Assembly (NCBI GenBank): GCA_002189035.1
Contig: NEEC01000009.1
Coordinates: 1,240,001-1,304,000 of the forward strand
Length of the DNA: 64,000 nucleotides
Origin: Utricularia gibba
Lineage: Eukaryota > Plantae > Magnoliophyta
Reading direction: 5' to 3'
The notes below the pieces were generated by a model that was not told the origin of the DNA, ran no database searches, and worked only from the letters and a program-made list of their open reading frames with translations. Position 1 is the stretch's first letter, and each line of letters begins with the position of its first letter. Below, piece by piece: positions 51,656 to 63,611 of this stretch. The translations under genes and the position numbers were made by a program.

Positions 51656-52389
51656 GCTGGTTTCGGGTCCAGTTTGAGTGATGGGCAGGGCTGAATGTTG
51701 GTTGTCGCGACTGGCCGGCCCTATATATGTATTCTCACAACACGATTCCCCTCCTTCCCCCTTCCTCCTCTCTTACAAAGACGCCTTAAATGTTCAATGT
51801 TCGTATTATTATTTGGCGGAATTAATTGTTGTTACCGTAGGATCGCCAACTTCCTCCGCTCACGCCTTTAATTCTCCGCTGCAATTTTTGGTCTATTTAT
51901 TTATTTCACCCTCCCCTTCAGCCTACCACATAAAAAATGCCGTGGCTTCCTGTCCAATCAGATATTAACTGTTTTTTTAATTAATTTCTTTTATATTTCC
52001 AATCGGGTTCCATAATGTATGTGATTAAGGGATCCATTTTAAGAGAAGGCCGGGCCGGGTTTCTGTTGGAGGTGATTAAGGGGTAATTATGACACGTGTC
52101 GGTTAATGAGGGGGGTATTTGGAGTATTTAATTGGTTCAAAGTGGAATAATGGATGCCCACTAAATTGGAATGAACTAACGGTTAGGTTAATCTGTTGGC
52201 CACAATAATTAGGAAATTATTTCCCATCCCTAAATGTTTTTGCCGGGTTAAACCCTAATGAATGAGCTGTCACCATTTATTGCTGCGCTTTTTGAATTCA
52301 TGCAACTTTTTTTTTCCAAATTTTAAAATAAATGCCCGTCTTCATTCTCAATGGGGTACATATGAACGGGTGCTTTATGTTACATTAAT

Positions 52390-52557
52390 CACATATTTAA
52401 TTAGCAATAGTATTTAATACTATATTTTGGTAATCCTGTAAGTGTATAATAAATAAGATTATCAAATTGATTATTTTTTTATTTAAAATTGACTGGAAAT
52501 GATATTTCTTGTAAATTAGTCACATATTGAATTAGTAATGATATTTAATGCTATATA
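52390..52557. repeat. Degenerate direct repeat of about 37 bp (52390-52426, 52521-52557) in an AT-rich spacer
   Basis: cacatatttaattagcaatagtatttaatactatatt versus cacatattgaattagtaatgatatttaatgctatata. Confidence 0.6.
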
Positions 52558-53636
52558 TTAGATATTCTTTGTTATTTAAACTTTGATTTATGGTCAAAGA
52601 CAAACACATATATTATATAGATTTTTGTAATAAATACTATTTCATTTAATTATATATTATGGATATTTGATAATATTATATGTATATTTAAATATAGTAT
52701 TTTGTGTAAAATATGTGTTAAATAGTCTTTATTTAAATAACGTTAGTTCTAGAATATACTCATGTTTTTTAAATATTTATTTTTTTGAATATTAATATTA
52801 TATATGATTAACTTGGATGAATTAAAATATCATATTAAATTAAACTAAATTTCATTTTAGCGTTATTATTATTTAATTTGAAGAACTGGGACTGGGACTG
52901 GCACATCCTGACCGCATGCGATTCAGGTTCGCTAGTGGCCGTAGGATTGAATACGGAGGGGGAAGGGATGGGTGGGTCCCGCAGTACAGGTACGTGTGTG
53001 GGCTTTGGAATAGTGAATCCATCACCCATTTCCCACAGAGGAATTCAGGCCCGTTCAAGAGGGTTTGTCTGTGCGGATTTTAATCTAACAAACTGTGTTT
53101 GGGCGGGGGGGTTTGGATGTTTTTGGGCTTGCAGGGGGGAGAGAATGAATCTAGTTAGATTTGGAGACGGGTGCTGTGAATGGAAGGAAATTATGGCACT
53201 GTGTGGATGATGATAGAACTTGCAAAGGTAAACCATCGGCGATGCTGCTCTGCTTTTCATGTAGATTGTTCTCTTGAGGAGACTAAGCGGGTACAAGACA
53301 AACTTGAATGCCTGTTCTATTGCTTTGCTATATTCCCATTTGAGATTGCACCCATTCCTGAGATGGATAGTGTGCCGTTGTTTAACTGTGGATTCTTTAT
53401 CTGTTTGCTGCCTTTTCAAAAAACTTCACATGTGATTACTGTTTCCCAGCAGAACTGGCTGCTTTCTTTTTTTCATTACGTTTTGTGGGGATAACACATG
53501 GCACATGGCACATGGAAGGTTTGTTCTTATTCTACCTGCACACTTTTGCTTTTCTCTTGCGTGTGTTGCCATCCATGAAGCAGTCTCGTGTCATGTAGTG
53601 AATATATATATATATACATGCTGTTTTGTGTAAAAA

Positions 53637-55240
53637 TTACATCTTTCGTGGTCTTAAGCTGCACATCTCTCGAGCAAATCCCACCACTAAATTCTTTGTA
53701 TCATACACAACTCTTGTGTTTCTCTGCTGATAGTTCCCAATGATCCCGTTCTCATCCTCGTAACCAAGGCTTGCCAGAGCTAAGCACACTTGTGATGAAT
53801 CCCTTCTCACGAAATACAGCATTCCTGAAACATCGACACTCATCTCTGCTCCACCCTGGAACCTCATCTTCATTGTAGGGACATTGACTTTCTGGTATCC
53901 TGTGAGGTTGAAGCATGTGTCCAAGATCGAGAATCCTGGGGCGGGAGGGTACCCTGCAAACTGCACCAAGAACTCGTCTTTAACTGCTCTGTAGATAGAT
54001 GGAGGGAGTCTAGTGATGACTGTCCCCGAATCAATAAGAATCCCTGTCTTCCCAAAAGATGGAGATTGCAATTCAACACCTCCAACGCTGGCTCCTGTCA
54101 TATTCAGAAGGTAGAAGCTGTTGAGTTGAGGATCTACCACTAAGTTAGTGTAAGAAACCGGAGTTGTGTTTCTGAAAACCGAGGTACTGCTTCCAAGAAC
54201 TAATGAACCCGAGAGAGTGGTATCTGACTCAGGTAAGCAGTAGGAGAAAACACCATCAAACAAATTGGAAGTTTGAGAAATGAGTGAAAGTTGGCTTCTT
54301 CCCAGTCCCAGTAAACCAGAAGCAGCACCAAAAAGACCTTTGTTGTAATACCCGCATCCAAATATGAAGTTCTCAATAGAAACCACTCCTAGAAGTAGCT
54401 TATCCTTCCCCAGATTCCCTGCAGTTGATGATCCGTCCCCGTATGTAACTGCATATTTACATTTAGGTTCATCGTTACCACATAACCCTGAGTGTCCAAT
54501 TGCGTACTGTAAATTCTGACAGGCTTGTGAGCTGCATTGAACGTTTCGATATGAAGGGGATAGCAAGGGGTTGAACACTGGATCTGCTTGAGTGTAGCAT
54601 TGCTGACAAGGCTGACACTGAACCCAACTCAGATCACTTCCTGTGTCAACTATAACTGTCAAGTTTCGCCCCCCTAATGTAACAGTGACTATGTAGTTAA
54701 GTGTCTGGAGTTTGATTCCTGAGTTCAGTGGAAGCTCTGCTTGTAGAGACATGGATTCCTTTTTCGTGGAACCCATATTTTCAATGCGGTATTGCATGGA
54801 CTTGAATCTGATAACATCAGCAAAGAGACGATTTTGAGGCTTGTTGTTCCAGTCTTGTGCAAGGCCTGAGCAGGAATCATGATGCTTCATTTCTAAAATG
54901 GTAGCTCCGTTTTCATTTCCTGTTGATGCTGACAACTCTCTTTAGAAGCAGATAACATCAGGGCACCAAAAGTAGGAAACCCAAGAAACGAAACTTTCCC
55001 TAACCTTAAAACTACCATAAAAGCAACCCAAAAGAAACAAGTGGAATGCAATTTGGTGTTTGAAAACTCACTTGTTGTCTGTGGGACTCTGCAGTTTACA
55101 GCATACTCTGGCTTTGTCCGGGTTAGCTTCTTCAATGAGAGAGGAAGAAGCTCATTCCTGAGTACACAAGAAACAGAACTAATGCAGCTGGTAAACGCAA
55201 ACAGGAGGAGCAGAGAAGCCATTGAAACCCAGAGACCCAT
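53637..55240 (-). CDS. Secreted A1 aspartic protease (atypical/nepenthesin-like, no plant-specific insert), 2 exons
   Basis: Signal peptide, catalytic VIVDTGSDLSW and ILIDSGTVITRL, GLFGAASGLLGLGR, and IIGNYQQRN.RVVYD. Confidence 0.95.
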
Positions 55241-57627
55241 TTTCCCCTTCCCCTCAGAAGCTATCAGAGCAGAGCAAAGAGAGACAGAACATGCAGTCAG
55301 AATTTAAGAAGAGGGGAGTTGGATTCTCGTACCTTTGGATGGCTGTCTTGATACCCCACTAATTGCTTATCCACATTAACACATCTCTTAGCGAGCCACG
55401 TGATCATTTCACCATCTTAGAAACTGTGCTATCCCTCCCCCTCCCAAAAAAGAAGAAAATACACCAAATCCACTTGCTAACGAGCCCTCTCAAAACCATT
55501 CTACATGCAGTCCCCCCCTCCGTGTCAACCCAATGAACCACCATGTCATGATAATGCCGTCAAATCTCGACCAGGAAGATATCATTTCTAGTTCACGGGG
55601 GAACGTGGGTCTTCTTCAGCCTGCCCCTGGCATCATTCCTGCATGGCCCGCTTCGAGATGGAGTGTCGTGCTTATTGTATTCTTGTTCATCTGCTTCCGT
55701 CTGCATCAGCCTCAGTTTTGTCCTTGTCATTCCCACCTGTTCCTCTCCTACTCTCAAAGGCATCAAGACGCCGGTGCTACCTATTGTTGTGTGAAGCAGC
55801 ATTTGCATAAGAATCAGCATTATTGAGTGGGAGAAGAAGAAAACGACATGGCGAAAAAATGGCGACCGCTGCGGGGTTGGTCACGGGGGGAATAACAATA
55901 AATGAGGGGGTGGAGTTTTATTATGTCGTGTCCGTTGAAATTTTGTCATGAAACAAATGAAGCGTCGCTTTCGAGTCTGCTGGCTGCGGGGTCCACACCT
56001 CCGCTGCCTTGGGCCTGCTACTTGTGGTTTGTAAAATTGGACATAACATTTGAAAATGTAATAATCTTACAAATATCTTTTTAATATAAAATAGATAAAA
56101 TTGCAAGAAAAATATCTCAAATTTACTTTAATATAAAAAATTTAAATCCCTCAAATTGTTGAAATTTGATGAATCGAATGATATCTATGTAGGGCTATAT
56201 CACATTTGTGTATTGTATGATTCAAATTAAAGATATTTATATTGTTTTCATGTTTATATCTAATATAATATATTGTTATAACAACGATCAAAACCAATTA
56301 ATTTTGATAACATAAAAAGTTAAATATATAATTTCAATAAATTAAGGTGTAAACTATTTAAAAAATTAAATTGAAGGTTTTATATCATAATTTTGAAACT
56401 TGTAAATTAAATGTTTAATATTGACCATAAATTGGAATAACTTTGGTAAAATCTACCCATATAAAATATTTTCTTTTTTAATGTTTTAGTATTAGGAAAA
56501 ATGGGATTGGGCCAGGCCGCCTATTTTGAAATTGTAACTATGAACCGAGTGTTTGATTGAACTTTTTAAAATGGGCTTGGATCTGGTCTGGGCCCAAAAG
56601 GGAAGTACATCATAAAATTTCCAGCCAGGACTGGATACCTCTGATGCGGGCTCTTGTGGATCTATCTGGGCCGGATGCTGGTAGCCCGTATTGTCAAGTT
56701 TCTTAGGCCCAAATAAGGGAAACTAGATGCGATCCGTGTCCACAGCACAGCCCCTCCCCTGAATCTGGCTGATGGAGACCTAAACGAGGGAAGTCTGCAG
56801 TGCATGATTCCGGTGATCAAGTCCAAGCATAGTGACGAAGAAGAAGGCGGCGCTGGTGTTATGCGATAATGGATGAGATTTTAAGATGAGATGATCTGGG
56901 TTTAGCTCGTAATTAATTGGTAACGGAAAAGGAAAACGTGGGGAAGTGTACTGTTTACTATCGAAAGATGTAAGAGCATCATCATCGGTCACCTTTGGGG
57001 GTTGAACCAAAGCTGAAGCGTCATGGGGCTGGTTTCATTTCACTCATTCAATTTTTCGAAATGGTCCCTTTTTCATTTCACTGATTCTCATTTTTGCCGG
57101 CAAAGCTGACTGCGGAATCTCTCCCAGGACCTAGGGGTTCGTGCAAGAATCTTGGCGCTGCTCCGGGTCCGCTTTCTGTTTAACCTTCTTCTTTCTTGTG
57201 CTCGAGTGGGTACGTCGCATTTTTCTTTTCCTCTGTTCGCTGACTGGTAATTGTTTTCATTTTGAAAGCCCTTCTCGTAACTATTTCATCGTCTCCAATG
57301 CGTGGAGTGATGGAAGCCTTATGTGGGTTTCGCTACATTGCCGTTCATGGGACATCGTTTTCCGATTGCGTATTTGGTGCATGCTATTGTTTTTATTGTT
57401 GAAATTTTTGGTTGAAGAAGCGCATAAGAATCACCCCATTGTTAGATGATCTCTCCTTTAGAATGAAACTGGGTGCTTTTTAACCATTAACTGGACAATT
57501 TTACTCTGCTTTATATGGATCATTTATCAGATTTCTATCAGAGCTTTTTCATATGTTTCTGATGTATAACAATCATTGCTGGATGTTACTGATTTTGTAT
57601 GACTGTTTGTAGCTTCAGGATAACCTT

Positions 57628-60600
57628 ATGGAGTCAGCTGATAAATCTGATGATGAGTATTCGGTTATTGGTGATAAAGCAGACATTGGGTTTATTGATC
57701 TTGACAGCTGCAAATCTGTTTGCAACTATAACCCTTGTGAGGAGAGTGATTTTGTAGAGATATCTGTGCCTTTTGCATTAAGGGATGGAAAGCCTCAATC
57801 AGGACTTGTTGGTGAAACTAAGTTTGATACTGTTACAATAAAAAACATATCCAGTGAGCCATTGGATCTCTGGTCAGTAAGTATTTATGATGCCAAACCT
57901 GAGAACTCGTTTACGATTTCTCTAATGGAGCCCCAAACGCCAATTCTGATATGCAGTATATCGAGGATTTTATGGAGACATTTTCCTTGGAAGATAGAGT
58001 TCTGAAATGTGATCAGTGTTTGACCATCTGGTTGTCGTGCAAACCGAAAGAAATAGGGATGCATTCAGCAGCTGTGCACTTTACTGTTGGAAGCGAAACT
58101 ATAGAAAGGATAGTTTTTGTGTTAGCAGAAGATAGCATATCCAAGTCTTTGACCTCAAAAAAACCATATCAACGATTGGTGAGAAATAAACAATATACTT
58201 GGAACGCCAAGCCTGCAGATAATGCATATTTTGTGGGTCGTCGTCCTCCAAAGGCTTCGACTCGTGGGCCTAGGTACCGACTACCTGAATATCCTATTCC
58301 AGATTGTATCAGGTCTGTTATAAAAGACGGTCAGCTTCCTGATGTGGTGATTGAGGGTTTAGCACCTAGAAACTATGAGTCTTTCTTTAAAGCTTTACTA
58401 GCTATAGAAGAGATAAAGTTGGAGGTATGCACCTCTTTGATGCAGCATAGATACCATGTTTTGTATCCCTCTTACACTAATTATTGCCATCTTCATCTCT
58501 TTATTAATGCTTTCTTCTTTGATGGGTGTTCAGGAAGATATGCATGCCTATGACATGGTTTCAGTCACATTGAAAAGTAAAAGGAACCAGTTCCTGTCTC
58601 TTGAGGTTCCTGGTTTGGCTGAGAAACGACCGTCACTTGTTATTGGGGACTTCATTCTCGCTAAAGGTGCTTCTGGGAACGATTCTTTTCAGGTTATCCT
58701 ACTACTTTTCTTCATTCGAGTGTTTTTGGGAAATGTATTCTCATGTTACATGAACAGAATGTCAAAATACAATTCACCTTCTCTGGTTTTACTAAATTGT
58801 TCCCATTTGTGTTTTATGGCCTCAGTACTCTGTGAGCTTCTACATATATTTGCATCCATGTCTTCTGTCCAATGCATGTTATGTGTGAATTATGCTTTGT
58901 TCCGTGAATATTTATTCATGCGAGTTATTGAGATTGTCACATGCTTTTGATCTTTATTGTTCCTTGTTTCTTTATGTGCAGGGTTACATTCACAAAGTTG
59001 AGGCTGAAGAAATATATTTGAAGTTTGACCCGAAGTTTCATATCCACCACAGAGATGGAAATCAGTATGATGTCCAGTTCTCATACAATCGAACTGCTAT
59101 GCGAAGGCTGTATCAGGCTCTCGAGGCTGCTTCAAGTTTGAGTAAGAGGTTTCTTTTCCCATCTACTCCAAGCAGGACTAATGTGAAACAACCCCCAACG
59201 TTTGTTCCATTATCTTGTTCCCTGAACAAGGAACAAACGACTGCCATTCAAATGATCCTTTCTAGCAAGGGAGGGTTCCCATATGTGATTTACGGTCCCC
59301 TGGTACTGGCAAGACGATGACTCTGGTTGAATTAATCTTTCAAGTTTATAATAGAAATAGAAGAAAAGCTATTCTAGTCTGCGCACCTTCCAACCCTGCA
59401 GCCGATAATCTCTTGGAGAGGCTAATCCGTGAGAAGTCACCAGGATTTAAGAATGATGAGATATTTAGACTTAATGCGTACACACGTCCTTTAGAGGACA
59501 TGAATCCCAAACTCATGGATTTCTGCTATGAAGAAGACTCACTTTTCAAGTGTCTTCCACGTTTTGTTTTGGAAAAGTTTAGGATCATCATAACAACCTA
59601 CGCAAGTGCTTCTCATCTTTATGCTCAAGAACTGAGTCGTGGACACTTTTCTCATATTTTCTTGGATGAGGCTGGGCAAGCTTCAGAGCCAGAAACAATG
59701 GTTCCTCTGTCCCACCTATATACAGATCAGACTGTTGTGGTTCTTGCTGGAGATCCTATGCAGTTAGGTCCAGTTGTATTTTCTCAATGTGCTGAAAGCA
59801 GTGGACTGGGAACCTCATATTTGGAAAGGCTGCTACTCTTCAAGACATATGCTGATGGAGACCAGAATTTCATGACCAGGTTGGTTAGAAATTATCGAAC
59901 ACATGAAGCAATTCTTCGCCTTCCTTCTGACTTGTTTTATGATGGGAAACTAATCCCTTCTAAGGAGGATGAAAGATTCTCATCAGCCTTTTGGGATGGC
60001 ATTCTTCCCAACAAGGATTTCCCTTTGCTTTTCATTGGTATCCAAGGGTGTGACGAGAGGGAAGGAACCAATCCCTCGTGGTTCAACAGAATTGAGGCAA
60101 GCAAAGTAGTTGAGATGATCAGATTGCTGATTGATGATAAAGGGCTGAAAGAGGAGGATATTGGGGTCATTACACCCTACAGGCAACAGGTATCCAAAAT
60201 ACGGTGCACTCTAGAGAATCTTGGGATGTCTGGCATCAAAGTGGGAAGTGTTGAACAGTTCCAGGGACAAGAGAAAGAAGTCATCATCATATCCACAGTC
60301 CGCTCAACGATCAAGCATAATGAATTTGATAAGCGTCATTATCTAGGATTTCTGAGTAATCCAAGGAGGTTCAATGTTGCCATCACACGAGCCAAGTCTT
60401 TGCTTGTTATCATAGGGAATCCACACATTCTCTGCAAGGTACACGTAATCTGTTACACGTTTAACATGCTTTTTTTTTTTTTTTTTGCCTTTTTCATATG
60501 GAGCAACAATCAGTTCTCTAATGTATTACTTATATAGGATCCAAACTGGAACAACCTCCTATGGTATTGTGTGGACAACGGCTCATACAAAGGCTGCTTC

Positions 60601-61128
60601 CTTCCAGAGAAGCCATCTAGCAGTCCAGATTTCTCAGGCTATGAAGAGGGGAATAATGATTCTGGAGCATGCAATGGAAACTGGAATGATAATGGAAATG
60701 GTTGGGATACTCCCAAAGGTCAATGGAGTGCTGAAGAACAGGGTAATCAGACATCAAATTGGGATGACAATCCGAGTGAGTGGTATTCCTCCCAACGCCA
60801 ATGGGCTTCTAATGAACATGTCAATCACCCCTCAAACTGGGATGATAACGCCAATGATCGGAATTCTCCCCAACCTCAAGAGGGTGCTGAAGAACAGCCA
60901 CCAAACACTGATCAGCAGCCGTATGACAATTCTGATTCATTGGGTACACAACGTAATAATGATCCTTGGGTTGGAGATGATGAACAGAGTTGCAGGTCTG
61001 CAAATGACAACTCTGTGTGTGTAGAAGAAGAGAGTGAAACCACACCGCATGATGATGATTCATCACCACAAGGCTTCCATGGGAACAAGCATGAGGATAT
61101 CAACAAATCTGATGCACCATGGGAGTAA
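57628..61128 (+). CDS. SDE3: RNA helicase SDE3 (MOV10/Armitage-like SF1), 4 exons, with two apparent -1 frameshifts (57931-57934, 59297-59300)
   Basis: [12 protein letters not shown]-terminus, [14 protein letters not shown], Walker A GP[P]GTGKT (after frame repair), CAPSN, Walker [29 protein letters not shown] and [10 protein letters not shown]. Confidence 0.95.
60679..60852 (+). repeat. Degenerate 78-nt (26-aa) coding tandem repeat, about 2.2 copies, in the SDE3 tail
   Basis: Units start at 60679, 60757 and 60835: [26 protein letters not shown] / [26 protein letters not shown] / NWDDNA. Confidence 0.85.
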
Positions 61129-61527
61129 GAATGTCTGTAGCTTCTGCATTTCAAGGGAAATGAAAGTTCTTCCGCAAGATGCTCTTCAAGTAGAGCTGGT
61201 ACTTGGAAGTCCAGCCAATTTTGTCGATTTTCAACTATGGGCTTTTGGTCTCCGGTTGGTGATGGATATATAATATTTTATAAAAAATATATATATATTA
61301 AATTCAAAATTTTTCATTTTAGCAATTTCCCACGTGAATAAATAATATTCCTTTTTTTTTCTTGTTAATATTAAAGCTGGGATGAGATGCTTTACGGGAG
61401 GGTAAAAAGGGAAAATTAACTTGAATTATAGGTAATAAAAATGCGAAATAAATTTAAAACAAAAAAGGAAAATTTTAAATCGGAATAATAATAAAAAAGC
61501 AAGACGACAAGGAAATCCAGGTAATGC

Positions 61528-62439
61528 TTAGTAGCAGTTTGTGAAAGCTGTGGTTCCAACCAGGAGCAGAGCTGTAACGAGACCTACTGACCAAATTGTG
61601 CGGGTAGGGGAGGGAGCGGCGGCGGCGGCGGAGTTGAACAATCCAGTTCGGCTGCCGGAGTTTCCTGGGGGTGATAGGCCAATGATGGTTCCAGGTGGAG
61701 GCGGTGGGGGAGTAGTAGCTTCGGGCACTTGCTGTGGTGGCGGTGATCCTAGTGGCATTTGAGGAATCAGGTTAGTGTATGCCTCAAATCCTTCGATTGG
61801 AGTTGTAAAGGGTCTAACTGTTACCTAGAAACAGGGGGGGAGGAGGAGAAGCTGTGGGAGATAAAGGCGATCCATTTGGCGTAGGTCCTGTGATTTTTTG
61901 TAATTGAAGAATGAGGCGAGTTAAGGAATTGTGATTGTAAGCGGTAGATATATGTTTACCTTCAACCCGGTTTGGAGCAGGGGCTACGGCTGGTGGAGTT
62001 GCCGCTGACACATTGTGATACTAAGGTGATTGATTGAAGAGATGAAAAGGCAAAGATAAACAAAAAAGATATATTTATAAATCTCACCTTTGCATTGAAG
62101 TGGAACTCCAGAGGTGTTGCAAGCCTGAGGGAGGGAAATGGCGAGATTCTGGTTAATGGGTACCACCTGGGAGAGAATGTTGTTGCTGAGGATCTGGCAA
62201 ATGCATTCTGTGCCATTGCTCATCAGTGACTTGAGAGAATTGCAACAGCTTTGGCTTGGTCTAACGGATGTCCCGTTCGTTGTGTTGCTGGTGACAAAAT
62301 TCATACAAGGAGCGAATGCTGTGATCATCGAAGTGCTGCAGGGGAATATGGGTAGGATCTGGGACTGGACTCTGTTGGGGGCGAAGAGGAGGAGAAGGGA
62401 TGAAACTGCTATAGCTAGGAAGAGTAACTTTGAGGCCAT
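61528..62439 (-). CDS. GPI-anchored non-specific lipid transfer protein (LTPG/xylogen-like), 4 exons
   Basis: Signal peptide, 8-Cys pattern C..C..CC..CxC..C..C, Pro-rich linker and a hydrophobic C-terminal GPI signal. Exons join in phase 1. Confidence 0.9.
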
Positions 62440-62723
62440 TTTCTGGTTGGGAAAATACAAGGTTTCTTAACAGGGAAATGAAAATGAAACGGGGTTTTAT
62501 AGATGGGAAATCTAAGAGTTGACAAGAGCAGATTGAGTTGATTAGCAGAATTGGGTTATTCTGGATGAACTACTTAACCTAACTTGTGGAAAGAAAAGCC
62601 CAAGCCAGAAAGTTAGGACGAAGTTGTTGAACCTCCTCGGGATTTTTCATTACTTAAACCCCACAAAGTAACGCCCATAAAAATGTCTCCTTTCACTTTC
62701 CTTCAACACAAACCACCTGAAAA

Positions 62724-63238
62724 ATGTTGCATCAACACTTCACACTGGCGGCCATTGCCGTGATCCTCATTCCCAACATGTGGACTGGTGTTGCATCTCA
62801 GGCCAACGGCTGCAGAAGCATCATCAGTAGCATGTCATCGTGCCTGAGCTACAACTCGTCCATGGTGAGCGATTCCTGCTGCACCGAGCTCGTCTCGGTA
62901 ATCACTTTAGAGCCACAGTGCCTCTGCCAGGTACAAAGCTATGGAGGATCCAACTTTGCCATGAGCCAAGAGGTTCAGGCTTTGGCCAGTGCCTGCGGTG
63001 TTGATGTTCCAAGTTTCAGTGACTGCCCGCGTAAGGCTCTTCCTTTCAAGTCGTCTTAGTTCTACTGTGGAACCCCAAAAAGAAAAAGCTAATCTTGAAA
63101 ATGTGTCAACACAACGCAGGTGGAAGTGGAATAAGACCACCGGCTTTCGGGATGCTATCAGATGCTTCTGGTATCAAGCTGAACACTTACACTGCGCTCG
63201 GCATCTTCTTCATCGGAATACCTGCGGCAATTTTCTGA
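62724..63238 (+). CDS. GPI-anchored non-specific lipid transfer protein (LTPG-like), 2 exons
   Basis: 8-Cys pattern in exon 1 (CRSIISSMSSC...SCC...QCLCQ...SAC...SDC). The second exon after cag|GT at 63120 gives RGSGIRPP...LSDASGIKLNTYTALGIFFIGIPAAIF*. Confidence 0.85.
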
Positions 63239-63446
63239 CATGGCGTGACTGGAAACACTAATCTTCTTATTTAGTGTACAGATTGTAATATGATTGGTTT
63301 CATTCGAGTCTTATGTTCTACAAGTTGAATTCTTAAGTAGAATCCAATCATTGTTCTCCCGTTCAAGACCAAAACAATCCGTTGTCGGATTAGGTACACG
63401 CAGTCGACCGGAATTTGCCTGCACGACTATTTGTATGTGTCGTGCC

Positions 63447-63497
63447 GCCACGTGTAAATTGAAGTGTTAAGGTGTCGAGCTCTGCCGCTAGCCACGT
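63447..63497 (-). promoter_or_regulatory. Two ABA-responsive elements (ACGTGGC) upstream of the LEA gene
   Basis: GCCACGT at 63447-63453 (containing the G-box CACGTG at 63449-63454) and at 63491-63497, 115-165 bp upstream of the LEA ATG. Confidence 0.75.
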
Positions 63498-63611
63498 ATT
63501 CCTTCGACGTTCTTGAAAAATCTTTAGCAGTCAACAGAGCATTCGTTTATAAAGCGAAGGGTTGCAGAAAAACGAGTTGTCGAACTCTTGATACTTCAAC
63601 TGAGAGACGTC

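Noticed and set aside
56600-57010. Possible small gene or ncRNA upstream of SDE3 (ORF 56780-57010 minus; short plus-strand MIPVIKSKHSDEEEGGAGVMR)
   Set aside because: No recognisable domain, RNA motif or splice pattern; best treated as SDE3 promoter or leader.
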